In this document: piece by piece, positions 18,286 to 27,565 of the stretch
Layout: every line of letters begins with the position of its first letter
Numbering within the stretch: the stretch's first letter is position 1
Source: Euryarchaeota archaeon UBA171
Lineage (GTDB): Archaea; Thermoplasmatota; Poseidoniia; Poseidoniales; Thalassarchaeaceae
DNA: 64,000 nt
Direction: 5' to 3'
Assembly (NCBI GenBank): GCA_002497295.1
Contig: DANO01000029.1
Location: 4,978 to 68,977 of the forward strand
Program-made: the position numbers and the translations under genes
The notes under the pieces: model-generated
Database searches by the model: none
What the model saw: only the letters and a program-made list of their open reading frames with translations
What the model was told of the DNA's origin: nothing

Positions 18286-18849
18286 ATGCAAACTCATGCT
18301 CTCCTAAATGTTGACAGGGATTTACTCTTGCCGTTCTTCGAAAGAGTTCCAGAACTCTTCGATAGATATCACAATGATCCCCAGTCAAATCCAGAAGTTT
18401 ACGAAGAACTCCTGTATAAAATTCACAGGCCCCTCTCGGGCGATATGCTCGATATGATCGATGATTGGATGGGGCTTGAACACAGAAGATTCAATCAGGA
18501 TCAGGATTTGATGCTCAGACTCTTTCTTCTAGCCATCAGATATCCCGACACCCTATTGTTGGAAAGTCTGGATGATGTAATCACAGAAGACGTTCGAAGG
18601 ATATCGGCATATCTGCATTTCACTAGCCACACCTACACGATATGGGACCAAGACACGAGGAGGGGGCTGAAGCTACTAGGGTTCGATATCCCAGATACCC
18701 AGAAAGCCGACCCATTCATCTATGGAGCATATGTTGGAACTATCGAGCTGATCAAGGATTTGGCACCCTTCACATGCTTCCTTGAGCATGATGTACCTCG
18801 CCAACGTCTGTTTCAGGCGGCCATAGCGCAGTATGGCCGAGAAGCCTGA
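18286..18849 (+). CDS. Hypothetical protein within the box-like operon
   Basis: ATG 18286 after AGGTGG; ~187 aa; flanking gaps of 26 nt on each side. Confidence 0.7.
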   Translation: MQTHALLNVDRDLLLPFFERVPELFDRYHNDPQSNPEVYEELLYKIHRPLSGDMLDMIDDWMGLEHRRFNQDQDLMLRLFLLAIRYPDTLLLESLDDVITEDVRRISAYLHFTSHTYTIWDQDTRRGLKLLGFDIPDTQKADPFIYGAYVGTIELIKDLAPFTCFLEHDVPRQRLFQAAIAQYGREA

Positions 18850-18875
18850 AGTCCTAGCCATGGTGTTGCAGACAC

Positions 18876-19772
18876 ATGGGTGACAGTCCGATACGCGTAG
18901 TTGGAGTGATTGGCGCGGGCACAATGGGTGCTGGTATTGCTCAAGTTTGTTCTCAGATAGGTTGGGAAGTACGGCTTCACGATGCTCTTCCAGGAGGAGT
19001 TGAAGCGGGCATACTTCGTATCGAAGAATTCTGGTCCATGGGTATTAGAAAAGGAAAAACCGATGCAAATATGGTTGAAAAGTGGAGAATGAATATTATT
19101 CCATCCAGCCTCGAAGACGCTGCCATGAGAAGCGATTTGGTTATTGAAGCGGTTCCGGAGAGGATGGATCTGAAAAGTGATATTTTCAGATCTCTTGATC
19201 ATCTGGCGAAGGAGGATACCATTCTTGCGACTAACACTTCCAGCCTGAGCGTGAAAGAAATCTCAAAATCGACCCAGAAACCGAAAAGGGTTGTTGGGAT
19301 GCACTTTTTCAATCCCGTACCCTTAATGCCGCTTGTAGAGATTATACGTCATGAGGAGATCTCCGAGAGAACGGTGGATATTGCAAAATATGCAGCAGAT
19401 AAGATGGGTAAATCTTCCATCGTAGTGAACGACGTTCCTGGTTTTGCGACTAGTCGTCTTGGCGTGGTACTTGGAAATGAGGCGATTAGAATGCTTGCAG
19501 AAGGTGTTGCTTCAGCATCAGATATTGATACAGCAATGAAGCTCGGATATCGTCATCCGATGGGCCCTCTGGAGCTTTCAGATCTTGTTGGTCTTGATGT
19601 TCGAAGAGATATTCTAAACGGTTTAGCGGAATCTTTCGAAGACGACTCGTATCGCCCGCATCCTCTGCTGAATCAACTCGTTAACGCAGGGGACCTTGGG
19701 AAGAAAACTGGACGAGGGATCTACGAATGGGATAGAGGCGAGAAGAGAGATAGAGACGATCTTGGTATGTGA
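18876..19772 (+). CDS. 3-hydroxyacyl-CoA dehydrogenase (PaaH/Hbd family)
   Basis: GAGTMGAGIA, EAVPE, NTSSL, HFFNPVPLM, PGF, PMGPLELSD.VGLD. Confidence 0.92.
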   Translation: MGDSPIRVVGVIGAGTMGAGIAQVCSQIGWEVRLHDALPGGVEAGILRIEEFWSMGIRKGKTDANMVEKWRMNIIPSSLEDAAMRSDLVIEAVPERMDLKSDIFRSLDHLAKEDTILATNTSSLSVKEISKSTQKPKRVVGMHFFNPVPLMPLVEIIRHEEISERTVDIAKYAADKMGKSSIVVNDVPGFATSRLGVVLGNEAIRMLAEGVASASDIDTAMKLGYRHPMGPLELSDLVGLDVRRDILNGLAESFEDDSYRPHPLLNQLVNAGDLGKKTGRGIYEWDRGEKRDRDDLGM

Positions 19773-20548
19773 TTCTAATGACTCTGGAAGGGATGAGTGT
19801 TCTAGTGACTGGGGGAGCAGGCGGCATAGGTCAAGCGATATGCCGGTATCTCTCAAGGAAGGGGGGCAAAGTGATCGTCCATTATCACACCTCGAAATCT
19901 GAAGCTGAAAGTCTGGCTGACGAAATAGATGGGATTGCTGTCTATGCAGATCTCAGAAAAAAGGATGAGGTTGACAAAATGTTCAGTCAAATCGAAGATA
20001 AAATCGGATCGTTACAATGCTGTGTCGCCAACGCGGGAATGTACCCCTCGGAATCTATGCCCGCATGGGAAATCTCTGAAGACCGATGGAATTCTACACT
20101 CGAGTCCAATCTTGGAGTTACCATCTTGACGGCGCAGGGCTTCCTAAGGGGTGCCATAGCTAGTGGCAAAGGTAGTCTTGTGCTAATTGGATCAACAGCG
20201 GGGATTCATGGGGAGAGGGGGCACTCAGATTATGCAACTGCGAAGGGCGCGATCACGAGTGGTCTTCTCCGTACCCTCAAAAATGATGTTTCAGGAACTT
20301 CGATCAGGGTAAATGCAGTGGCTCCAGGTTGGACTCTGACAGATTCAAAAATCGAATCTGGTATCGACCTGGAGATTGCCAGCAATGCGATGCGGACGAT
20401 GTCGATGAAGAAGCTTGCATCTCCCGAAGATATTGCTGGGGCAGTGGCATTCCTCCTTTCAGATGTGGCTAGCGGTCACATCTCTGGACAGGTGATTGAG
20501 GTTTCTGGGGGAATGGAGGGAAGAGTGATACCGGGGCCTGGTGAATGA
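19769..20548 (+). CDS. Short-chain dehydrogenase/reductase
   Basis: TGGAGGIG, NAG, YATAK, RVNAVAPG; overlaps the previous stop. Confidence 0.9.
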   Translation: MILMTLEGMSVLVTGGAGGIGQAICRYLSRKGGKVIVHYHTSKSEAESLADEIDGIAVYADLRKKDEVDKMFSQIEDKIGSLQCCVANAGMYPSESMPAWEISEDRWNSTLESNLGVTILTAQGFLRGAIASGKGSLVLIGSTAGIHGERGHSDYATAKGAITSGLLRTLKNDVSGTSIRVNAVAPGWTLTDSKIESGIDLEIASNAMRTMSMKKLASPEDIAGAVAFLLSDVASGHISGQVIEVSGGMEGRVIPGPGE

Positions 20549-20822
20549 AATGGCCGCTCTGTGGATTGAGTTGATTGGGCTGTTCGCAGGCATCCTTGGA
20601 GTGATCGCATGGATACCACAGATCAAAGAAGTCTGGGTTTTGAAAAGACATGAAGGAATCTCAATAGTAACTTTCGGCCTAGTGGCAACAGCGTTAGTTG
20701 CTTGGCTAATCTATGGCATTCTAGTTGGTTCCCCCTCGATTATCCTGGCAAATTTAGCAGCATTGTCCTGCATTTCCTCGATAATCGTCGGTGTCTTACG
20801 ATTAAGACGTCCTCAGACATGA
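20541..20822 (+). CDS. SemiSWEET / PQ-loop family transporter
   Basis: Three TM helices with WIPQIKEV, GIS, WLIYG, IILAN. Confidence 0.85.
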   Translation: MNEMAALWIELIGLFAGILGVIAWIPQIKEVWVLKRHEGISIVTFGLVATALVAWLIYGILVGSPSIILANLAALSCISSIIVGVLRLRRPQT

Positions 20823-21608
20823 TTATTGGTTGAAATCAGGTTCTCGTTTCTCAAGAAACGATCTTACTCCCTCCTTGAAATCTGGAGTTAGTGCCGAGGC
20901 AATCATCAACTGACGCTCAAATTCAAGTTGTGTTTCAAAGAATGTTGTTGAAGAAGCGTCTAGAAGTTGCTTGGTACCCCTCCTGCTACTTTCAGACCAT
21001 GAGCCCCATCTATCAGCAACTTGTATCGATCTTTGAATGAGTTCGCCCTCATTGACGACCTCGTCCACAGCGCCTTTCTCTTGTGCTGTCGAACCGTCCC
21101 ATACCGAGTTCTCGAAGAAGAATCTCCTTGCCGCTTGTTGCCCTACTAATCTTGGGAGGAGCCAGGTCGTGCCCCCATCAGGAGATAGTCCGAGTCTAAA
21201 GAACGAGGCGGCAAGTTTCGCATTTGGTACGCATATTCTGTAATCCATGCTGAGTACTAATCCTAGGCCCCCTCCTGCTGCAGCGCCGTTAATCGCACCT
21301 ATGAAAACCGTAGAAGATCTCCTTATGCGAAGAAGTAGGGGGTGCAGATGGCCAGTCATGGCCTCGACCACGTCCCCGATGGAACCATCGTCAATCGCAT
21401 CATCGAACTTGTCTACTGGTCCGCCCGCAGAAAAAAACCTCCCTGTTCCCGTGAGTATTACTGCATCGGTGTTTTCATCTTGAATTAGGCCGTCTATTGT
21501 ATCGATCAGATGTTCTATTGTACCAGAAGAAAATGTATCTCTGGATGCAGACTCTGAGAGGGTAACTAGGGCAGTTCTTTGGCTCGGGCGGTCTACTGAG
21601 AGAACCAT
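20823..21608 (-). CDS. Enoyl-CoA hydratase/isomerase (PaaG-like)
   Basis: FFSAGG, NGAAAGGG, GLSPDGGTTWLLPRLVG, DFKEGV.SFLEKR.P.F. Confidence 0.85.
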   Translation of the reverse strand: MVLSVDRPSQRTALVTLSESASRDTFSSGTIEHLIDTIDGLIQDENTDAVILTGTGRFFSAGGPVDKFDDAIDDGSIGDVVEAMTGHLHPLLLRIRRSSTVFIGAINGAAAGGGLGLVLSMDYRICVPNAKLAASFFRLGLSPDGGTTWLLPRLVGQQAARRFFFENSVWDGSTAQEKGAVDEVVNEGELIQRSIQVADRWGSWSESSRRGTKQLLDASSTTFFETQLEFERQLMIASALTPDFKEGVRSFLEKREPDFNQ

Positions 21609-21678
21609 GGTGAGTCACAGAAGGCAACACGTATGAACTCCATGAATGTGATAAGTGACTGTCGGGCGTGGGCCCATT

Positions 21679-23103
21679 ATGCACAGAGATATGTTGTACA
21701 TTGGGGGCTCGTGGACTGAATCCAAAGGAGAAGGCCGGATATCAGTAGAGAATCCAGCAACGGGAGATGTAATTGGAAGTGTTCCTGAAGGTACTTTAGA
21801 GGATGCGGATAGAGCCGTATTGGCTGCCAGAGAGGCTTTTGGAGGATGGTCTAGTTCTCCAATAGAAGAAAGAATCAGGGTGTTGAATTCCCTCTCAGAA
21901 TCTTTCAAAAATCGGACCGCTGAACTGGCTGAACTCATAACAAAAGAAGTTGGCACGCCTATTGAATATTCGAAAATGGCCATGGTTGGTACTCCCCGTG
22001 TTGTTACACGGTCATATGCAAAATTGCTTGAGTCGTACAATTGGGAGAAGGAGGTACGAAATTCAACAATAGTCAGAGAGGCTATTGGTGTCTGTGCATT
22101 CATCACTCCTTGGAATTTCCCACTCCACCAAATAATCGGCAAGGTAGCTCCGGCTATTGCAGCAGGATGCACGATGGTACTAAAACCATCAAAAGAGGCC
22201 CCTCTTAATGCGTTCTTACTCGCTGAAATGCTCGACGAAATAGGACTTCCGAAGGGTGTCTTCAACCTAGTAAGCGGGTATGGGTCCACGGTTGGGTCGC
22301 ATCTGGCATCTCATCCAGAAGTAGACATGGTCTCATTTACGGGATCTACAGCTGCTGGTGTTAGAGTTTCTCAAGCGGCGGCTGAGAGTGTGAAACGAGT
22401 TACGCTTGAACTTGGAGGAAAGAGTGCAAACGTCGTTCTAGAAGACGGGAACGGCATCAGAGCAGCGAAGAATGCGATCGGCGCGTGCTTTGCAAACTCT
22501 GGGCAGACATGCTCCGCACTAACCCGCCTTATCGTTCCAGAATCGATTTTGGAAGACATCATTCCAATCATAGCCGATCGAGTTGATGCGTATAAGCCGG
22601 GAGATCCTATGGATCCCAAGACGAGATGCGGTCCGATGGTATCGGCCAGTCAACAAGAGAGTGTACTTGGCTACATACGAAGCGGTATCGAAGAGGGTGC
22701 TATTCTGGTAGCTGGTGGATCGGATTTGATTGAAGGTCTCGAATCCGGGTATTTCGTCAGACCCACAGCATTCATGAATGTTGAATCTAATATGAAAATC
22801 TGGAAAGAGGAGATTTTTGGACCTGTGCTTTGTATTGCTTCATATTCCTCAGAGGACGAGGCTCTTTCCCTAGCGAATGACTCAGAATATGGGCTGTCAG
22901 GAGGGGTTTGGTCAGAGGATACTGGTCGCGCCATGGCATTCGCCAAGAAGATGCGGACTGGTCAAGTCAGTGTGAATGGAGGTCCGTTCAATATCAGTGC
23001 ACCCTTTGGAGGGTACAAAAAATCAGGAAATGGTCGAGAACTTGGAGTTCATGGTTTTGAAGAGTTCTTGGAAATCAAATCAATCCAGAAGCCCATTGAG
23101 TGA
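21679..23103 (+). CDS. NAD(P)-dependent aldehyde dehydrogenase
   Basis: ITPWNFP, FTGS, LELGGKS, GQTCSA, EEIFGPV, PFGGYKKSG. Confidence 0.93.
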   Translation: MHRDMLYIGGSWTESKGEGRISVENPATGDVIGSVPEGTLEDADRAVLAAREAFGGWSSSPIEERIRVLNSLSESFKNRTAELAELITKEVGTPIEYSKMAMVGTPRVVTRSYAKLLESYNWEKEVRNSTIVREAIGVCAFITPWNFPLHQIIGKVAPAIAAGCTMVLKPSKEAPLNAFLLAEMLDEIGLPKGVFNLVSGYGSTVGSHLASHPEVDMVSFTGSTAAGVRVSQAAAESVKRVTLELGGKSANVVLEDGNGIRAAKNAIGACFANSGQTCSALTRLIVPESILEDIIPIIADRVDAYKPGDPMDPKTRCGPMVSASQQESVLGYIRSGIEEGAILVAGGSDLIEGLESGYFVRPTAFMNVESNMKIWKEEIFGPVLCIASYSSEDEALSLANDSEYGLSGGVWSEDTGRAMAFAKKMRTGQVSVNGGPFNISAPFGGYKKSGNGRELGVHGFEEFLEIKSIQKPIE

Positions 23104-23124
23104 TTGCTGGGATGTGATGTTGCA

Positions 23125-23943
23125 TCACTTTGAGATGCAGTAAGGACAATGCTCTCCAACGATGTAGTCGTCGGATTGCTGCTGATCTTGTGATAATGGT
23201 TCTCGGCATTTGAAGCACATTTCGACTTTGGACTCACGGAGATCGTGGTCAACGGCTACTCTCTGGTCGAAGACGAAGCAGTCACCATTCCAATGCGATT
23301 CGCCGTATTCTTCCAAGTATGCGAGTATTCCCCCCTCCAATTGGCGCACGTCCTCAAAACCAGCATTGAGCATAACGGCTGAAGCCTTCTCACATCGTAT
23401 TCCCCCCGTGCAATACATCACGAAGGTCTTCGATTTATACTCCTCAGGTAATATTTCTATGGCTTCTGGAAAGTTTCTGAAAGACTGGATATCAAGGTCT
23501 ATGGCGCCTTCAAATGAGCCTATGCGGGTCTCGTAATCGTTTCTCGTGTCTAGGATCACAATATCTTCGTCATCATCCAGCATGCGCTTGAACTCGGTTG
23601 GAGAAATATGCTGGCCTGTGAAATCAGAGGGTCTGATATCATCCAAGCCCAATGATATGATCTCCTTCTTCCGTTTGACCAGCATCCTCCTGAATGGTTG
23701 ATAATCGGTGTAGCTTATTTTCAGATCTATCCCTATGAATCGCTCATCCAATTCCAGATACTGAAGAAAGGCATCTACTGAGGGCTGGGTGCCTGCGAGG
23801 AAAAAGTTGATCCCATTTTGGCTTAGAAGTATGGAGCCTTTGAGATTGAGCTTCAAGCAGTGTTCGAGCATAGGGTCTCGGATATCGTCTCTATCTGGGA
23901 GATCGATGAATCGATATCCTGCAATGTTCACGATTGTATCCAT
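23125..23943 (-). CDS. trhO: Rhodanese-related protein, tRNA U34 hydroxylase TrhO/YceA family
   Basis: KGSILL...GIN, DTRNDYETRIGSFEGA, YCTGGIRCEKAS, LEGGILAYLE, CFVFDQRV, CxxC...CPYC. Confidence 0.85.
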   Translation of the reverse strand: MDTIVNIAGYRFIDLPDRDDIRDPMLEHCLKLNLKGSILLSQNGINFFLAGTQPSVDAFLQYLELDERFIGIDLKISYTDYQPFRRMLVKRKKEIISLGLDDIRPSDFTGQHISPTEFKRMLDDDEDIVILDTRNDYETRIGSFEGAIDLDIQSFRNFPEAIEILPEEYKSKTFVMYCTGGIRCEKASAVMLNAGFEDVRQLEGGILAYLEEYGESHWNGDCFVFDQRVAVDHDLRESKVEMCFKCREPLSQDQQQSDDYIVGEHCPYCISK

Positions 23944-24013
23944 TGTTAACACCTCGATTCACGATCGAGCGAATGTATTCTTCATACTCGGCGAGTCGAA
24001 ACTCGGTTATCGT

Positions 24014-25093
24014 TTAATCGACGTATTCGATGTTCTGGGAGGCGCACCATGCAGGTGCGCTTACAGGATTGCATCTACTAGGCGTCCCCCCGGGTATCTC
24101 GACCCAATACTCGATTGATTCGACTCTTGCGGGATAATCCGTCGATATGCTGTGTGCCCCAGAGGATAAGGCTGCTTCCAGCCTGGATGTGTCGTTATTG
24201 TCAGCCTCCTCTCCGCCGCTATCTGCTCTCGTACGCACAATATGCCCCTCGGTGACCAATCGCTCAATCTCATCTCCATCACCGATTGGATCAGTCATCG
24301 AGAATATCGCGTGTGCGTGAGAAGAGGAGTCGTCTTGCGAGGTGAACATAGGAAACATACGGCCCGTCGGAAAGTGATTCTGAAGGTAGATTTCCCTCAT
24401 GCCGCCAGTGGCAAGCAATACGAAGATGGCCTTGCCGCGACTATCCTCCAGCAAAGGCCAACCCTCGTTGGCTAGGGCGTCACTGAGCGATGGATAATCC
24501 CCCTGAACATCTGCTGGAGTTATCGTCTTATTTCGAGGCCAGAGTTGAGCTATCTCCGACTCTATCTCATCCAAGATTCCGGACATTTGCACTGTTGTTG
24601 TTATGCCCATGCTCTGTTCTGGCCAATCTTTTGGCTCTATCCAAATGAAAGTAGTATGGTGAATCGGATTGGCATCGGACCATTCGAGAAGCGTGTTCAT
24701 GCAGTTTTCAAAGGTAGGGCAAGTGGTGCCAGAGTCGTACTGGTTGTGATATACCCGGAGGCCGTTCCTTACATCCCACCATACATCGATCTCAAACTGC
24801 CTGACTCCGAGTTGGGAAGCTTGGATATCGAGCTCCTCGTGGGTATACATGTACTCCCTGGTGGGGGAAAAAAGCGGCTCGATGTGATACGAATTATGAG
24901 TGCCTTTCATCTGTATGTGATTAATTCGCAATGGTCCTTCTGAAGCTTGATTTTCTGAAGAATCTGATATGCTCCCTGAGTTGTCGAGGCACCCGGAGAA
25001 GGGGGTTAAAAACATCATGAGGATGATTGTTGCAACTGGCAGGCTTGCTCTGAATGTCATTAAATCAGTCTCTGGATCTCCGATGAAATTCAT
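24014..25093 (-). CDS. Exported PI-PLC-like phosphodiesterase (Ca-dependent PI-PLC family), probable lipoprotein
   Basis: Signal/lipobox-like FSGCL; GTHNSYH, GVRQFEID, IEPK, RTRAD, GAHSISTDYP. Confidence 0.8.
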   Translation of the reverse strand: MNFIGDPETDLMTFRASLPVATIILMMFLTPFSGCLDNSGSISDSSENQASEGPLRINHIQMKGTHNSYHIEPLFSPTREYMYTHEELDIQASQLGVRQFEIDVWWDVRNGLRVYHNQYDSGTTCPTFENCMNTLLEWSDANPIHHTTFIWIEPKDWPEQSMGITTTVQMSGILDEIESEIAQLWPRNKTITPADVQGDYPSLSDALANEGWPLLEDSRGKAIFVLLATGGMREIYLQNHFPTGRMFPMFTSQDDSSSHAHAIFSMTDPIGDGDEIERLVTEGHIVRTRADSGGEEADNNDTSRLEAALSSGAHSISTDYPARVESIEYWVEIPGGTPSRCNPVSAPAWCASQNIEYVD

Positions 25094-25242
25094 CTTCTGC
25101 TTTCCTCTATTTCCTTTCTCAGTATGAATTCGATATGTGCGTTAATTGATCCAATATCGTCCTTGGCCCAAATCTTGAGTTTATGATGCAAGAACGGATC
25201 TAACCTGAGTAGGATCTTCTTATCCAAGGATTCACCCCCCAT
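25090..25242 (-). CDS. Arc/ribbon-helix-helix DNA-binding protein (50 aa; absent from ORF track)
   Basis: MGGESLDKKILLRLDPFLHHKLKIWAKDDIGSINAHIEFILRKEIEESRR; its TGA overlaps the PLC ATG (ATGA); alternative TTG start at 25227 after GGGGTGA. Confidence 0.75.
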   Translation of the reverse strand: MGGESLDKKILLRLDPFLHHKLKIWAKDDIGSINAHIEFILRKEIEESRR

Positions 25243-25272
25243 ACTTCTCAATATCAGTTTTCGAAGGGCTAC

Positions 25273-26187
25273 TCACTGATGCAAAGTGCCAGTGTTGACC
25301 ACCGGTGTTGTGTCGGTCTCAGAGCAAAGGACCACGAGTAGATTACTCACCATCGTGGCTTTCTGGACCTTATCGAGCTCGATGATGCCTTTCGTACTGA
25401 GTTGCTCCAGAGCCAATTCGACCATGCCAACGGCACCGTTCACTATCTCACGGCGTGCGGCGACGACTGCGGCAGCCTGCTGGCGTCGAAGCATGGCCTG
25501 AGCAATTTCTGTCGAGTATGCGAGATAGCTTATCCTGGCCTCCAAGACCTCAATTCCAGCCCGAGCAAGCCTTGCCTCGACAGATATCAGTAGTTCTTCT
25601 GCCACGGCATCTTGGTGGCTTGAGAGAGTGATTCCTCCGATATCCTTCTCTTCGATGGCATCATAGGGATACTTCGTTGCCATCTCACGAAGAGCGGCTT
25701 CACTCTGGATCTGCACGTAGTGATCGTAATTCTCAACCTCGAAAAGCGCCTCAGCAGCGTCGAAGACTCTCCATACGACGACTGCTGCTATGTCTATGGG
25801 ATTTGCATTGACGTCATTCACCTTGAGTTTGTTTGACTCAAAATTGTTTATTCTAAGAGATATCTTCGTCTTCTGGTATAGCGGATTGAGGAAGAATTGG
25901 AAACCCTCGTTCTTCAATGTGGCTGAGTATTTCCCGAAGAATTGAGCTACGACTGCCTCGTTTGGATTGACTATCACGTAGCTGTTGAACATAACGAACC
26001 ATAGAGGGACGGTGAATATTTGGATTATTACTGTTAATGGCCCCAGGAGAATCGGAAGAATGAGATTGACCAGACCAAGTGCGAGGTGCATTAGCAATCC
26101 TAGGAATCCGTTTATCGTGTAACCATCTATGTCATGATAAGTTGGTTCATTTTTACTTAGCTTGATTGATTCGGGCTTCTCCGCCAT
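25273..26187 (-). CDS. SPFH/band-7 membrane protein
   Basis: Two N-terminal TM segments; VNPNEA.V..FFGKY, KVND...NPI.IAAVVVWRV, LAYSTEIAQAMLRRQQA, VSNLLVVLC. Confidence 0.9.
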   Translation of the reverse strand: MAEKPESIKLSKNEPTYHDIDGYTINGFLGLLMHLALGLVNLILPILLGPLTVIIQIFTVPLWFVMFNSYVIVNPNEAVVAQFFGKYSATLKNEGFQFFLNPLYQKTKISLRINNFESNKLKVNDVNANPIDIAAVVVWRVFDAAEALFEVENYDHYVQIQSEAALREMATKYPYDAIEEKDIGGITLSSHQDAVAEELLISVEARLARAGIEVLEARISYLAYSTEIAQAMLRRQQAAAVVAARREIVNGAVGMVELALEQLSTKGIIELDKVQKATMVSNLLVVLCSETDTTPVVNTGTLHQ

Positions 26188-26316
26188 AATTGTTTGACAG
26201 GATATCAGACATATAATGATAGCATAAATGTCGATTTAATTCTTCATTATTTATCCTAAAGCAACCATAATGTTAGTTTCCGAAAGAATGAGGTGTTATT
26301 CCGATTTGGGAGTTTT

Positions 26317-26979
26317 ATGGAGCTAATTCTGGATTCTGCAGTGATTGAAGAAGTCGAGGAAATTGCGTCTTGGGGCGTTCTTGATGGCGTTACAACGAAT
26401 CCGACGTTAATCAGGAGGTCAGGCGGTAATTTCGAGGAGACGATTCGTTCCATAGCAACGATATGTTCGGGGCCTATCAGCGCAGAGGTCACAGGGATGT
26501 CATCACCAGAGATGGTGGAAGAAGCCCTCGATCTTAAATCGAAATTGCCTGAAAATGTGATCATAAAAATACCTTGCACGCCCGCGGGGCTGTCGGCTAC
26601 CAGATATCTTGCAGATCGAGATATAGGCGTGAACGTTACACTCGTTTTTTCAGTTGCTCAAGCCCTACTTGCTTCTAAGGCAGGTGCTTCCTATGTGTCT
26701 CCCTTCTTGGGAAGGCTCGATGACAATGGAGGAGAGGGGTTGAGTCTAATCAAAGATATCTCAGAAACATGGAAAAATCAAGGTATAACCGGATGTAAAA
26801 TTCTCGCAGCTTCGATACGATCTGTTCATCATGTCGAAATGTGTGCAAAAATCGGCGCTCACGCAGCGACTATTCCATATGCCATATTCGCCAAATTGGT
26901 CGAGCATGACTTAACGAACACAGGTCTTGAGAAATTCCTAGAGGATTGGAGAGCTGTGAAATCAGAAGGGAGAGCCTGA
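26317..26979 (+). CDS. Transaldolase / fructose-6-phosphate aldolase (TalC type)
   Basis: LDSA, GVTTNPTL, IKIP, NVTLVFS, YVSPFLGRLDD, AASIR. Confidence 0.92.
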   Translation: MELILDSAVIEEVEEIASWGVLDGVTTNPTLIRRSGGNFEETIRSIATICSGPISAEVTGMSSPEMVEEALDLKSKLPENVIIKIPCTPAGLSATRYLADRDIGVNVTLVFSVAQALLASKAGASYVSPFLGRLDDNGGEGLSLIKDISETWKNQGITGCKILAASIRSVHHVEMCAKIGAHAATIPYAIFAKLVEHDLTNTGLEKFLEDWRAVKSEGRA

Positions 26980-27525
26980 CTATTCCACTCCGATAGAATG
27001 TAGTGAATGGATGATGGACGCTGTAAAATCATCTTCTGTTCCATCATTTTTTATTGTTAGATCGGCGAGTTGCATTACCATCTCAAGCCCCCATCCCCAT
27101 TCTCTAGCTTCTCTTTCGTCGAAATTACCGTCATCAGACCTCAATCTGGAATTGATCCTCTCTCTTCTATGTGATTCAGATGCCTCAACTGCAATCACAA
27201 TCATTCTTGGCTGGGATGACTGTAAACGTTCTAATTCCTCGATTTGCCTGAGACCATCAATTACTACGTGATTGTGTTCCACAGCCGCTTCGATGTCATG
27301 GAGTAGGCGTTCCATCACTATCGCCGGACCGAACTCGTCTCTCATATCTTGGGAAACGGATCCGATGTTCGAAGAAGTTGGTTCAAGATTCCTAGAAGCG
27401 ACTTCAGAACGAACTACGTCACCTAGTGAAAGCAGCTTCCACCCCCTTTCTTCTAACACAAGGCCGACGGCAGCCTTTCCAGATCCAGGCGGCCCGGCCA
27501 ATACGATGATCCTGTTCTCCGACAC
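26980..27525 (-). CDS. P-loop kinase, UPF0200 / nucleotide-kinase-like
   Basis: GPPGSGK, SLGDVVR, VIDGLR, R..RE..WG, IKNDGT. Confidence 0.8.
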   Translation of the reverse strand: MSENRIIVLAGPPGSGKAAVGLVLEERGWKLLSLGDVVRSEVASRNLEPTSSNIGSVSQDMRDEFGPAIVMERLLHDIEAAVEHNHVVIDGLRQIEELERLQSSQPRMIVIAVEASESHRRERINSRLRSDDGNFDEREAREWGWGLEMVMQLADLTIKNDGTEDDFTASIIHSLHSIGVE

Positions 27526-27565
27526 GTGGAGTGATTCGATAGGTCGTTATTGAGCATCGCGCCGA

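Noticed and set aside
21615..22289. Long antisense ORFs in the track (also 12932-13519, 33653-34234, 46792-47460)
   Set aside because: Shadows of well-supported genes on the opposite strand, with no motifs of their own.
25243..25275. In-frame TGA between the SPFH and Arc/RHH genes as possible selenocysteine or readthrough site
   Set aside because: The downstream ORF has its own start and SD, no SECIS-like hairpin was seen, and the SPFH C-terminus looks complete.
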